Source: a virus
Lineage: Duplodnaviria > Caudoviricetes
IMG/VR virus record: IMGVR_UViG_3300019996_000010
Span: 1-43,396 of that record
DNA length: 43,396 nt
Reading direction: 5' to 3' (one strand)
Below are positions 18,285-28,409 of the stretch, piece after piece (position 1 is the first letter of the stretch; every line of letters begins with the position of its first letter). The position numbers and the translations under genes are program-made. The notes beneath the pieces are model-generated. The model did not search any database. It was not told the origin of the DNA and saw only the letters and a list, made by a program, of their open reading frames with translations.

Positions 18285-20419
18285 TTAATCCAACATTTTA
18301 TTAAAGCCTTTGCGTGTCCGATATCATAAGCCAATGAGGATATATGGCAAATTTTATGGCCCTCATTTGTCGGGCTAATTGCTATTGAACGATGCCTATT
18401 TGTACGAAGTAACTTATAGTTACCCCATGTTAAATCAACCGTTACGGTATATGTTTGCGGCGTAAAATATGGAGTACTTAGCGGGATAACGTCTTGATTC
18501 TCTACCCATGTTCCTGTATCGCAGGCATCAGAATTTGCACCTACTGACATCGTGTAATTACCCTCTCCCGAATTAAATCGAATTGGGTCAGATAAATTTG
18601 ATTGAAGGCATCCGGATAAATATTTCAACCACCTTTTAATGTTTCTGTATGGAGTGAGCCGGACATTATAACGGGTATCTGGGTTTAAAAGGTTCGTAAT
18701 CACCGTAAATGGTGATCCAACTTCCGGCACAAATGATTCTGGTGATGCCTCATTACTATCCAATGCAATAACAATGATATTATTATCTAATCTCCAATCT
18801 TTACCTTGTTCAGCCTTGTTTCTTCGTGTCTGCTCAATAGCCAAAGAGGCCGCAAACCACGTCGATAATTGACTGATGCCTTGCCCTATAATTTTAAATA
18901 TCGTGGAATAACTATGTTTAGTTTGTGGATCATCTATCCCACTAGCTGATTCAGCAGACCAATTAGAAAAACCAATTTCAATTGAATTGAATATTTTGGA
19001 TTTATCGTATCCACTTTCTATACCTTCAACATTATCAAAATAAAGAATTGGGGTATCGTTATAGAAATAATCCTTCGATTCTATGCGGATTTTCTCAATT
19101 CCATCAATTAATTCAGGGCCGAGTCCAAGATTTAAAATTGGATCTGCCCCACTCCACCATTCATCAAATGATATCGCAAACGGTTTTTGAGCGAAGGTAT
19201 AACCCCTGACATGAAGACCTAACATTATAGCAAAACGATGACCGCATCCCTGAATATCATAACCCTGTGAATATCCACCTAAATAATCACTGTGAATATC
19301 AAAATTACCGGTAATTTTTTTCACAATAGAGCTAGCTGCATCATAAATCAACAAGGAATCTACTGGTGCTGTCAGCGGATAAACGGTGTCGGCTATTATT
19401 GAAATATATGAGTCTTCATAAAGACCGTTGCCAATAACATATACTGTCTCTGTTCCAACCATTGCCGTTAGCGTACTTTCGAAATATATTTTTATTTTAT
19501 CTCCTATCTTTAAAGTTTTAGTCCCTGAATAGGTGAATTTTTCCCTCTGATTAACTCCTATCGTCCCTATCATTGAGGAGGTGAATGTAATTGGTGTCTC
19601 TCGATTAATTTCAATCTTCACTAACCATGACCCTGATACTGGCACAGTTGACCCACTAGCTACGTGTTGATCAGCTAAAACTATTTGTATATCAAAAAGA
19701 TAATCCCCGGCCTCAATACAATTTATGGTTTCAAATTCTACAAAGAAATCATTAGCCGGATTATTCGGGCTTGCTGCTCCAGATGGATAATTAAATCTTG
19801 TTGCAATTTCATCAAAATCAATTCTTGGTAATCCTATTGGGAAATATAAATTTGTTGAAGTGTAATCCCATCCCAAAGGAAAATATTCGCTATCAAAAAA
19901 ATTAAATTGAGAATAATATCCCTTTTTTCTCACCTTTTGGGATGGAAGAGATAAACGAATATTGGGAATAGATGATGTGACGTTACCATCCATATTAATC
20001 GTTGCATTCAGATCAATCTTGGTCGCCTTTCTACTCAAAAACAATGACCACATGTCACTAGGAATTATAGCACATTGAAATTTGTAAAATTTATTTCCTT
20101 TACTAAGGTCTACGATAGTTGAAAGGTCTAAATTCCCTAAAAAAACAGTATCCCAGATATAACCGTCTTCCGTAAGTTCAATCAGGATAGAGATCAATGC
20201 GTTTAATCCTTGTGTGGCGACAATGTTGGCCAAATAAATCCTACCTCCGTCAATAAATGAATTTCTGTTATAGAAAAAAAAAGACGAATCTATCATTTCT
20301 ATAAGCGAATGATAATCAGGACTCCGTTCTAATTTAATTTTGATGTCCTTCCATCCATCAGGTTCGTTTATAATACGTGGTCCTTCAATTGAATTATTTA
20401 AGGTAAATCTAAACTCCAT
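18281..20419 (-). CDS. Minor tail/baseplate hub protein (712 aa)
   Basis: Directly after the tape measure; N-terminal EPDGW motif; beta-rich. Confidence 0.65.
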   Translation of the reverse strand: MEFRFTLNNSIEGPRIINEPDGWKDIKIKLERSPDYHSLIEMIDSSFFFYNRNSFIDGGRIYLANIVATQGLNALISILIELTEDGYIWDTVFLGNLDLSTIVDLSKGNKFYKFQCAIIPSDMWSLFLSRKATKIDLNATINMDGNVTSSIPNIRLSLPSQKVRKKGYYSQFNFFDSEYFPLGWDYTSTNLYFPIGLPRIDFDEIATRFNYPSGAASPNNPANDFFVEFETINCIEAGDYLFDIQIVLADQHVASGSTVPVSGSWLVKIEINRETPITFTSSMIGTIGVNQREKFTYSGTKTLKIGDKIKIYFESTLTAMVGTETVYVIGNGLYEDSYISIIADTVYPLTAPVDSLLIYDAASSIVKKITGNFDIHSDYLGGYSQGYDIQGCGHRFAIMLGLHVRGYTFAQKPFAISFDEWWSGADPILNLGLGPELIDGIEKIRIESKDYFYNDTPILYFDNVEGIESGYDKSKIFNSIEIGFSNWSAESASGIDDPQTKHSYSTIFKIIGQGISQLSTWFAASLAIEQTRRNKAEQGKDWRLDNNIIVIALDSNEASPESFVPEVGSPFTVITNLLNPDTRYNVRLTPYRNIKRWLKYLSGCLQSNLSDPIRFNSGEGNYTMSVGANSDACDTGTWVENQDVIPLSTPYFTPQTYTVTVDLTWGNYKLLRTNRHRSIAISPTNEGHKICHISSLAYDIGHAKALIKCWIK

Positions 20420-22971
20420 TATCCTAAATATTTACTTCTTATATAATATTTTGAATGTTTGCCTTTGGTTTTTTCCTCGTAAACCATTGAGCCAATACGA
20501 ATAAGGTTAGGCATTTTATTAGGCATATCATTTATAGCTGATACCATCCGACTATCATCAAATGGCAACGGCTGAGATCCTGTTTTTTTATCCAAAATCA
20601 TTTGGAGCATCCCATCATTTATTCGTCTGGATTGGATGGCTTTAAGTAATCCCATGCTTTCCCTGGTCGCCGCAGCCGTAATCACTGATTCCCCTTTTGA
20701 TAAGTTGGTAGGGATAGAATCACTGGTTCCTGTCCCTGGTCCTTGTATATTAATTACACCCTTCGCATATCCTTGTGTACGATTGGCAATAGAATATTGC
20801 TCGGCTCCTACAGCAGCATAAGAGGCGGCCAAAATCAAATCATAAGGCCAGGGAGCCTCCACTAATGCCTTTATTACTGCCCCAGCCGTATTTATCAATA
20901 TTTGATTTAAGGCTTGTCTCTTGGCGACAGCAGATCGTTCTATTGCTAATTTTTTGAGTTCTTTGTCCTCGTTCTTTTTTAATTCTAAAACTGCTCTTTG
21001 ATTGTCCCCGGCCAGAGCAGTCTGATTCTCATAAAAATCTTTCGTCGCTTGGGTTCTCTGATCAATGGATGCTAGTTGTTGTGTATTTTGAAAATTTAAT
21101 TCATCGGTAAAAATTGTGGATAATGCGTTTGTAATTTCTTTGGCAACTTTGGACCACATTCGCCTTTGGTCTTCTACTGTTTGTTCCCCGCCCTTTCTAA
21201 TATGTGTCCCAAGATCATCAAATCCCATCTTCATCTTACCCCAGAAAGTGAGAGTCGAATTATACCATTCATCGTAATTGGCTTTAATAGAAGCTGTAGT
21301 TTGACCTCCAGCATTGGGATCAGCCGGACGTAATGGACCCTGGAATCCCCCAGGAGGAACAGCCCCCTTGGGTGGTGGCTTCAATGCTTTAGCTAATGAT
21401 TCATTTATGACATCAATCTGTTTGCCTATTTCCTCTCTGAAACTTTTTGAACTGACTCTTCCTTTATCCAATGACGCTACATATTTCTCTAGTTCGTCAT
21501 CAGCCAAACTATAGACAGCGATAATGCGCTCAAATTCTTCACGGTCTTTTATTTTCTCCCTTTGAAATTTACCTGTTACATCGGTAGACTGTTCGATTTC
21601 CTCATTTGCCTTTTTTACCTTCTCATTATATTGTTCTATTATGCCAAGTTCATCATCATCAGTCTTGGCCTTTATCCTAAGTGATTTTTCATAGGCTTCA
21701 AGTAAAATTATGGATGCCGCCGTTACATCATTCCTTTTACTGATCGCGTCAGCCTGATCTTTGGCAAGTTGAATTTGTTTATTTTCATCCTTTCCGCCAA
21801 GAAATGAACTACCCTTGTCAATTGTAACTTGTAGTTCTTTCAATTTACCACCATCTTCTAATCTTCTCCTACTTAGCTTATCTAATTCCAGTTCTACGGC
21901 CTGAATTTTTTTATCTGAATCAAGTAAAAGATCATTGGCTTTTTTGAATTCCGTTACAGCCTTAATTGCATTTTTCTGAGCTGTCTCGAATCTTACACTC
22001 CCACCAAGTAATAATCCCAATCCGGTTACAACCTTATCAAAAAATCCTATTATTCCCCCTGTTTCAAGTCGTTCTGCGAGATTGATTTTAAAATTCTTCC
22101 AAGAGGCCGACAACTGATCCACTTTGACGGCATCAGTTTCAATAAAGCCGCCCATTTCCTGCATCTGTTTATTTACAAGAAAAAACACCGCTGCCTGGGT
22201 AGATCCTAATTCTTTTGTTTTGGACCTGAGCTCAGTAACTGATATTTGAAGGTTATCCAGTAAGCGGATAGAGTTACGGCCTAATCCTGTAATCAGGGAG
22301 TTTACCAGATAATTAATATCCAGTCCGGTTTGTTGGGCTTTGATAGCCGCAAACTCTAAAAGTGTGCCGAGTTGCTCAAGTGGGATCTTGAAATTCTTAG
22401 CCTGAACTGCTTTTTGCATTAAGGTTAGTTCATCAAGTGTGCCATGCGTTTTGGCTTTAAGGTCGGCCATTAATAAAGTCGCATTCGGAAGGGTATTAAA
22501 GGCCCGGGTTACTCCGTCAACCGTTCCCTTCAATTTTGCCATTTCTATTACGGCTCGGGTAGTCTCCGCTATCAGACCAGCGGTAAGAGCAATCCTTACC
22601 ATTGAATATAATCCCCCCAATCCATCGACTAAAGACTTTTGACCGGCTGTTGTCTTGGAAAGTTCACCCTGATACTGTTTTAATTGGGTGGACATGGCGG
22701 CATATTGCCCGCGAAGCTGTTCTAACCTGACCTTATCGGATTGACTGGTGAGATCTATCTGCCCTTTGAGTTGGGCCATCTGGAGTCTTAATCCCTCAAT
22801 GGTAGATGAAAATCTTTTTACGTCCTGCGTCCCTTGAGTACCGGTCTTGTTGATTGATTGATTGAGTGCATCATTAGCAGCTTTCGCTTTGGCTAATAAT
22901 TGATTGGCTTTTTCAAGATCAACGGAATTTGTATTGAACTTGATGTTTATGTTCTGTTGACGATCGGGCAT
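20419..22971 (-). CDS. Tail tape measure protein
   Basis: 850 aa, helical, A/K/Q-rich; C-terminal GYAKG...GPGTGTSDSIP..LSKGESVI motif. Confidence 0.9.
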   Translation of the reverse strand: MPDRQQNINIKFNTNSVDLEKANQLLAKAKAANDALNQSINKTGTQGTQDVKRFSSTIEGLRLQMAQLKGQIDLTSQSDKVRLEQLRGQYAAMSTQLKQYQGELSKTTAGQKSLVDGLGGLYSMVRIALTAGLIAETTRAVIEMAKLKGTVDGVTRAFNTLPNATLLMADLKAKTHGTLDELTLMQKAVQAKNFKIPLEQLGTLLEFAAIKAQQTGLDINYLVNSLITGLGRNSIRLLDNLQISVTELRSKTKELGSTQAAVFFLVNKQMQEMGGFIETDAVKVDQLSASWKNFKINLAERLETGGIIGFFDKVVTGLGLLLGGSVRFETAQKNAIKAVTEFKKANDLLLDSDKKIQAVELELDKLSRRRLEDGGKLKELQVTIDKGSSFLGGKDENKQIQLAKDQADAISKRNDVTAASIILLEAYEKSLRIKAKTDDDELGIIEQYNEKVKKANEEIEQSTDVTGKFQREKIKDREEFERIIAVYSLADDELEKYVASLDKGRVSSKSFREEIGKQIDVINESLAKALKPPPKGAVPPGGFQGPLRPADPNAGGQTTASIKANYDEWYNSTLTFWGKMKMGFDDLGTHIRKGGEQTVEDQRRMWSKVAKEITNALSTIFTDELNFQNTQQLASIDQRTQATKDFYENQTALAGDNQRAVLELKKNEDKELKKLAIERSAVAKRQALNQILINTAGAVIKALVEAPWPYDLILAASYAAVGAEQYSIANRTQGYAKGVINIQGPGTGTSDSIPTNLSKGESVITAAATRESMGLLKAIQSRRINDGMLQMILDKKTGSQPLPFDDSRMVSAINDMPNKMPNLIRIGSMVYEEKTKGKHSKYYIRSKYLG

Positions 22972-23001
22972 CGGAATGGATTAAGTTTCCTCCCATCCCA
23001 C

Positions 23002-23148
23002 TCACTCCTTGTTTTCATTCTGTAATGCACGAATGTGAAAAAGAAAACTAAAGATTGACAGAGCATTGAATATTGGTTCTTTATCTGGTTCAAAGTTAGC
23101 AATTTTCTTGATTTGCATTTCCTGGAGTTCCCGGAAGTCGGATTTCAT
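23002..23148 (-). CDS. Pre-tape-measure chaperone (gpT-like; -1 frame extension or coupled 48-aa ORF)
   Basis: MKSDFRELQEMQIKKIANFEPDKEPIFNALSIFSFLFHIRALQNENKE; this frame stays open upstream to the T9 tract at 23266-23274. Confidence 0.65.
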   Translation of the reverse strand: MKSDFRELQEMQIKKIANFEPDKEPIFNALSIFSFLFHIRALQNENKE

Positions 23149-23762
23149 TGCTTGAGCAGGACGGAGTTCCAGTATTCCGTTATTTCTTGAGCCTCCTTGG
23201 TATAGGTCTTTAAAATATCCTCCGAGATACCCCTCACACCCAGCAATTCGTCCATTGGCTTGGTTAAAAAAAAAGCACTGAATTTGTGTTTATCCCATAG
23301 TTCGAGTTTCTTTTTTCCATATTCCTGATCAAAATCCTCCATGTCCTCGGTATCGTCAAAGAACACAACGGAGGCCAGGTTACGGGCTGTTTCGGGTTCG
23401 AAGTTAAGTTCAAGGCGGGATTCCATCGCCCAAATTACTTTATATGCATTACTCAAATCCACCGTTCCCTTGGTCCCGGTGATGATGTCTTTTAGTTTGG
23501 AAAGGTATTCTTTCAAGGTCTTACTGGTCATACGCAATTCAACCTCGTAAAGGAATGCGGCGACAAACTTGTACCGGCCATAGGGCATTTCGACTTCGCG
23601 CTTCATGCGGTAGAACTGCTTACCGCCTACTTTAAAGTTCAGGATCTTTCCGTCCTCCAGTTCAATTGTAGCGGGTTCGGTTTTGCCAATGTACTTCGGG
23701 GAAAGGCAGTTTGTGACCGGCTTTACCTTTGCAGAAAAAAGACGCTTTAGCCAATTAATCAT
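23145..23762 (-). CDS. Tail assembly chaperone (gpG-like)
   Basis: Upstream of the tape measure; carries in-frame slippery sequences. Confidence 0.6.
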   Translation of the reverse strand: MINWLKRLFSAKVKPVTNCLSPKYIGKTEPATIELEDGKILNFKVGGKQFYRMKREVEMPYGRYKFVAAFLYEVELRMTSKTLKEYLSKLKDIITGTKGTVDLSNAYKVIWAMESRLELNFEPETARNLASVVFFDDTEDMEDFDQEYGKKKLELWDKHKFSAFFLTKPMDELLGVRGISEDILKTYTKEAQEITEYWNSVLLKQ

Positions 23763-23986
23763 AAATTCTTTATTTGTTCAGACATCGCCGCATGAAATGT
23801 CTTGCGCATATCACTCATAAATGATTGCAATATTTTACCGTCAATAGGAAATTTATATGGGTGTGATGCAAAGACGTTGCTTTTTACCTTAGTAAATATC
23901 TGCACCCTGAGGATAAGTTCAGATTCATCATATTCAAAGACTGTCTTGGTCTTTGGATATTCAGTGGCATCATCATAATTAGGCAT
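23759..23986 (-). CDS. Hypothetical protein (75 aa)
   Basis: Overlap-coupled within the operon. Confidence 0.6.
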   Translation of the reverse strand: MPNYDDATEYPKTKTVFEYDESELILRVQIFTKVKSNVFASHPYKFPIDGKILQSFMSDMRKTFHAAMSEQIKNL

Positions 23987-24287
23987 TGCTGTTGAATTTA
24001 CTGATTATGAAATTCAGGCCACAAATAGACACGCAGAAAAGCGGCCACCATTGTATAGGGTAACGAATGAACAGGAAAAAGATAAGCGACCCATGCACCG
24101 ACGATTGACATTGTTGGCAGGCAAAAAGTGGATCGCAAATCCAATCAGGCAATTTATCGTTTAACCATTTACCTAAACTTTCAAAAATGTATCCTTCCGA
24201 AAACAGGCAATGAAAGCCCCATATCCATCCTACCCCTACCGGGAGCCATGCAACGAATAACAGGATTTGGATTAGGTCGTCAATCAT
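23979..24287 (-). CDS. Small membrane protein with CxxC (DUF1360-like)
   Basis: About 3 TM segments; WICDPLFACQQCQSS. Confidence 0.6.
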   Translation of the reverse strand: MIDDLIQILLFVAWLPVGVGWIWGFHCLFSEGYIFESLGKWLNDKLPDWICDPLFACQQCQSSVHGSLIFFLFIRYPIQWWPLFCVSICGLNFIISKFNSNA

Positions 24288-25015
24288 AGGTTAAAAATGT
24301 TTTCACATTCATGCAGCGTCTTCCGGTAGAACTTGCAATAATACCCCGGCGCAGCGTTTTTTAAGTCCTCTAAGATAGTGGATTTTCTCAAGTTTCTCAC
24401 CGCCGGGCTGTTGGCTATCTTCAATTCAAAGTCTTTCCTGATCCAAGAAGCATGATACATGATCGTGTCGCTCATCTGGATTCCGTCCTCATAGTTCAGT
24501 CTCCGGGTAGGGTCGATGTGTGCGCCGTTTTCATCGTAGGCAAAAGGATAGTTCCGGAAGTTCCCCGCTTTGGTTCGGCTCGTCAATTTGTGGATATACA
24601 GTACAAGCGTATGGTCGTCGCAGGTCAAAGTAGGTTTGGCAAACAATACTTTCACCCGACAGACTAAGCCGTTAACTAAAGGATTTGATTCAAGATAAAG
24701 ACGGTCAAGTCTAACGTCCTCTTGGCGGTAAAACTCATCATTATCGGCTAATATGAAGTCGGTATATTGAAATCGTCTGGCTTCGTTCAGTCCTAAATTT
24801 CTTTTGTCGGTTTCGCTATATGAAGGATCTGCCCGAACATACCTAACGCCATCTTGTGGAAGTTCATTCAAGGGGAATTCCAAGAATTCCCCCCGATACG
24901 AAAAGTCAGAATACACCACGATAATGCCGTCAACTACTGGCTTGTGATTGGCTATTGATTTAGCTAACAAATCAGTCGAGTCTCCCCAAGAACAATAAAT
25001 CATTACGAGCCTCAT
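24284..25015 (-). CDS. Glycosyltransferase, GT-A/GT2-like
   Basis: VDGIIVV, ETDKRNLGL, ILADNDEFY (DxD), MYHASW. Confidence 0.8.
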   Translation of the reverse strand: MRLVMIYCSWGDSTDLLAKSIANHKPVVDGIIVVYSDFSYRGEFLEFPLNELPQDGVRYVRADPSYSETDKRNLGLNEARRFQYTDFILADNDEFYRQEDVRLDRLYLESNPLVNGLVCRVKVLFAKPTLTCDDHTLVLYIHKLTSRTKAGNFRNYPFAYDENGAHIDPTRRLNYEDGIQMSDTIMYHASWIRKDFELKIANSPAVRNLRKSTILEDLKNAAPGYYCKFYRKTLHECENIFNL

Positions 25016-25692
25016 AGTGTATACCCAAGTCCAGCCAAAACCTTAGCAAACTCTTCTTTTCCGTCCACCGGCACGCCTAGAAAGGTATCTGGATGGTAAT
25101 TCAAATGATAGAACGACCGTAACTCCCCGCTGACAATATCCTTTTCAAAGTCGCCGTCATGAAGGTAGCCTGGCAAGGCGCAATGTTCAGCCCCGAGCAT
25201 TTGGGCAAGGTAGGAGACTAAAATATCTTCATTCTCCGTTAGAGCCACGCTCTTGAATTGTCGGCGCACCTCGTTTAATTGGTCGTTAGTCAGGTTTCCT
25301 ATCTGCTTTGCAATATCCCCGCGAAGGAAAATAAGGCACCCGCTCATGTGCTTTAGCGGTCCAATTAAAGCCGGAAAGTCAGTGGCGTTCTTTATACCGA
25401 TTATCCCATATTCAGGTTTGACGAATGAGAAAACCTCGGGAGTGCAAAATACTACGTCCGAATCAACGCAAAGGATAAAGTCGTCGTCACGCAAGCCGAA
25501 CCGAAGCATGGACTTGATTGCGTTGACCTTCATTACTGATGGGTCCCACCCCGAACCGTTACCCCATCCAATATTGTCAAAGTTCCTGCGTTCAAATTCT
25601 TCCAAGTCCGGGCAATGCTTCCGCAAAGTTGATTCCATCAGTTCGGATAGTTCACGGTCACGGTTTCCGCAGATGTTAAGGGCATAGATCAT
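25012..25692 (-). CDS. Nucleotide-diphospho-sugar transferase, GT-A-like
   Basis: LCVDSDVVF (DxD), SGCLIFL, NEDI; start moved to ATG 25692 (ATGA overlap). Confidence 0.75.
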   Translation of the reverse strand: MIYALNICGNRDRELSELMESTLRKHCPDLEEFERRNFDNIGWGNGSGWDPSVMKVNAIKSMLRFGLRDDDFILCVDSDVVFCTPEVFSFVKPEYGIIGIKNATDFPALIGPLKHMSGCLIFLRGDIAKQIGNLTNDQLNEVRRQFKSVALTENEDILVSYLAQMLGAEHCALPGYLHDGDFEKDIVSGELRSFYHLNYHPDTFLGVPVDGKEEFAKVLAGLGYTL

Positions 25693-26510
25693 ACTAAAGC
25701 GGCAAATTTTTCTAAGAAATGAAAATACCATTTAAAGTTTTCATTCGGCCAAACTGCTTGTAACATTGCAGTATGCTCTCGCCATTTCTTTTCGACTATT
25801 TCCTGTCGATCAGTCTTTTTGAATATCTTATATAGTTCCCGATGTTGGTGGCAATCAATGTAATTACCATTATGAAATAAGGACCATTCACCGCGATCAA
25901 CTCGACCCTGTGCTAACCCGTTGTGAATTTTACCGCGATTAATAAACTGTTTTGGGATTGCGGTTTCTTTTATTCTTTTGGTTAATAGATCTTGGTCAGA
26001 TTCCCAATAAGTATAAAAGTCCTCGCTCTTGGCTTGTGGCAATTTATCCAAATCTCGTTTGATTAATTTGGTAATGTCGGTGTCGGTATAATCTATCAGG
26101 TGATCCCATTTATCTGCGATCATGGCAACGTAGCACATTGGTATATTTCTAAAATCGGTTAAATCATGTCCATAGATCGTCATTAATTCAGGAGATGGCT
26201 TCCAGTAATCCGATAGGGCAAGCATATCAATATCACCTAACATTACCATATCATTTGGTTTGACAGTTGATGCGCCGTAAAGACGTGATATTTGTGTAAT
26301 AGTGTCGCCCCGATAGCCATCAATTTTATTTAAAAAATGTCCATTGAAAGTTGCGTGTTCATTGATTAGATTAAAAGATTTACTCAACACTGAACCATAA
26401 TAAAGTAGGATTACTTCCCACCCAATCAATTGCCAACTCCAAACAGTCAGGGGCACATACTGTAAATATTCAGGGTCGTCATTGACGCTTAAAACTATAT
26501 ATCGTTTCAT
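25689..26510 (-). CDS. Glycosyltransferase-like protein (GT-A)
   Basis: QISRLY, MLGDIDM (DxD), PMCY, W.SDQ, YIDCH; start moved to ATG 26510. Confidence 0.65.
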   Translation of the reverse strand: MKRYIVLSVNDDPEYLQYVPLTVWSWQLIGWEVILLYYGSVLSKSFNLINEHATFNGHFLNKIDGYRGDTITQISRLYGASTVKPNDMVMLGDIDMLALSDYWKPSPELMTIYGHDLTDFRNIPMCYVAMIADKWDHLIDYTDTDITKLIKRDLDKLPQAKSEDFYTYWESDQDLLTKRIKETAIPKQFINRGKIHNGLAQGRVDRGEWSLFHNGNYIDCHQHRELYKIFKKTDRQEIVEKKWREHTAMLQAVWPNENFKWYFHFLEKFAALV

Positions 26511-27067
26511 TTCTGAATTATTACCCCCCACCTTCCATACTCATCCTTTGCCGCCTCACAGTCCTTCACGTTCAATCCAAGACTATAAACGTAATCCCGC
26601 ATTTCCTTGCACTCTGGCCGGGTGTCGCAATCGTCAACGTAAAGAGCGTGTTTGGTAACGTCAACAAATCGGGGAAGCATTGGAATGCGTTCAATGTTAC
26701 CGTAATCGTAGTAACAGTAATCACACTCTGAAACACCCGTCATAAAGTTATCGGTATTCAGTCCAGCCTTTTCACAAATATCCTTAACGACCGTGAGGTA
26801 TTTCAAATCAGGATCGGTGCAAATTACATTCTTGAACATTTGTCGCAGGATGAAAGACGAGGCCCCCGCGCCTGCATTCAGGATAATAGCGTCCGGATCT
26901 TTCACGAGTTTGGCAAACTCAAGAATAGATTCAAGGCTCGAAGCCATTCCGGTCGGTTCCCCGCGTTGATAGCCACCCCAAATAATCATGTGATGCGGCG
27001 CATTATCGCGGAAGAGTTGGAAATATCGTTTATATTGTTCTAACATTGGATAATCAAAGTACTCCAA
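26507..27067 (-). CDS. Class I SAM-dependent methyltransferase-like protein
   Basis: ILNAGAGASS motif-I-like, CTDPD, YYDYG, YVDD. Confidence 0.6.
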   Translation of the reverse strand: MEYFDYPMLEQYKRYFQLFRDNAPHHMIIWGGYQRGEPTGMASSLESILEFAKLVKDPDAIILNAGAGASSFILRQMFKNVICTDPDLKYLTVVKDICEKAGLNTDNFMTGVSECDYCYYDYGNIERIPMLPRFVDVTKHALYVDDCDTRPECKEMRDYVYSLGLNVKDCEAAKDEYGRWGVIIQK

Positions 27068-27564
27068 TCGGGATGATTTGGTTGACGGTAGACAATATGT
27101 GGTAAACCATTAGCGGCCATCAGATCCAATGTTCTGAACCATTCATTAGGCGGGACGCTTGGCTGCATCCAATTATCAATAATAACCAATCCTCCCGGCT
27201 TAATAGTTTGGATACATAGGGACGCACACTCATCCCTCCATTCACCATCAACTACCGCTATGTCATACTGAGTTGGTCGCCCCAACCAATAAAGCAATGT
27301 TTTAGGGTTAAGGTATTGTTCTTTTTCTGGCAGGTACTGAACCCCTGCAAAGTCCGCCCACTCACGTGTTGAGTCTACCCCATGGACAACCGCCCCACGT
27401 GAACGGAACCATAGCGTAGAATACCCACAACCAAACTCATAAATTTGTTTATTGGTATAGTCTATTTGATTTAAATATTCCAACGCTCCAGCGGTAAACC
27501 AGGGATAACGCTTCCCGGCGACATCTTCCGCAATCCACCCATTATCAGGCTTTAGTTCAATCAT
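27040..27564 (-). CDS. SAM-dependent O-methyltransferase (Methyltransf_24-like)
   Basis: YEFGCGYSTLW, VVDGEWR, KPGGLVIIDN. Confidence 0.85.
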   Translation of the reverse strand: MIELKPDNGWIAEDVAGKRYPWFTAGALEYLNQIDYTNKQIYEFGCGYSTLWFRSRGAVVHGVDSTREWADFAGVQYLPEKEQYLNPKTLLYWLGRPTQYDIAVVDGEWRDECASLCIQTIKPGGLVIIDNWMQPSVPPNEWFRTLDLMAANGLPHIVYRQPNHPDWSTLIIQC

Positions 27565-27862
27565 TCCGCTTTAGTCTTTCGTAATCCTCTCGGATAGTCT
27601 TACAGGCATCGTAAACCATGTTCAAGCACTCAGGTTTTAGGCTCCTGCGTTGGCAATACATTTTCCATTTGGCAATAACCTCCGCCTCCTTATCAATTAC
27701 GATTTGATCTGTAGGAGAATTCTCGAAAAATATATCCCAATATTGTTTTATAAGTCCCTTGAAAGCTTCTTGTGCCTCTTCATTAGCTCGTTCATGGGCA
27801 CGTTTTTGAAGACGGTTCATTACCGGCTTACCATTATTTTGTTCTTCTCGGTTAACTTCCAT
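27557..27862 (-). CDS. Hypothetical helical protein (101 aa)
   Basis: ORF coupled within the operon; MNRLQKR motif. Confidence 0.6.
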   Translation of the reverse strand: MEVNREEQNNGKPVMNRLQKRAHERANEEAQEAFKGLIKQYWDIFFENSPTDQIVIDKEAEVIAKWKMYCQRRSLKPECLNMVYDACKTIREDYERLKRND

Positions 27863-27863
27863 G

Positions 27864-28409
27864 TTATTTGAGGATAAAAAGTGAATCCCAAAAGTTTAAA
27901 CCGGCTCCATGCTCACTGGTTAGTTCGTGTTTCTGTGCTTCGTAGCCTAACAGGTTCAACCGCCAAACAATGTTAAATATTTCTAAATCAGACTGTCCGC
28001 AATGCCTGTGCATTTCAATGCTTATTTGTTGAGCTGGGCTAAAGTCCAAATCCATTATCATTTCATATTCACCACCCTCAATATCAACCTTTACAAGGTC
28101 GTAAAACTCCACCCCTTTCAGCTTCATATAATCCTCCAAAGTATAGCAACGAATAGAATCACCCGGCCCGATCTTCGTTCCTTGTGGGTCGCCAGTGTTA
28201 GTTATACCACACATTCCGGTGTAATTGGTTATCGCGCATTGGTCATAGTCTCCGTGTTGCAAATCGTCAATGTCAACGGCGTGGACCGTGTGGCCTAGTT
28301 CGCGGAAGTAGTTCGTGAAGGCGAATCCACGACAACCGAGGTCAAGGATAGTAGCCTTCGCCGGCAATAGCGATATATCTACCGAATGCTCATGTATAAC
28401 CTCAATCAT
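27864..28409 (-). CDS. FkbM-family methyltransferase
   Basis: ILDLGCRGF, DLVKVDIEGGEY, QISIEMH; start moved to ATG 28409. Confidence 0.85.
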   Translation of the reverse strand: MIEVIHEHSVDISLLPAKATILDLGCRGFAFTNYFRELGHTVHAVDIDDLQHGDYDQCAITNYTGMCGITNTGDPQGTKIGPGDSIRCYTLEDYMKLKGVEFYDLVKVDIEGGEYEMIMDLDFSPAQQISIEMHRHCGQSDLEIFNIVWRLNLLGYEAQKHELTSEHGAGLNFWDSLFILK

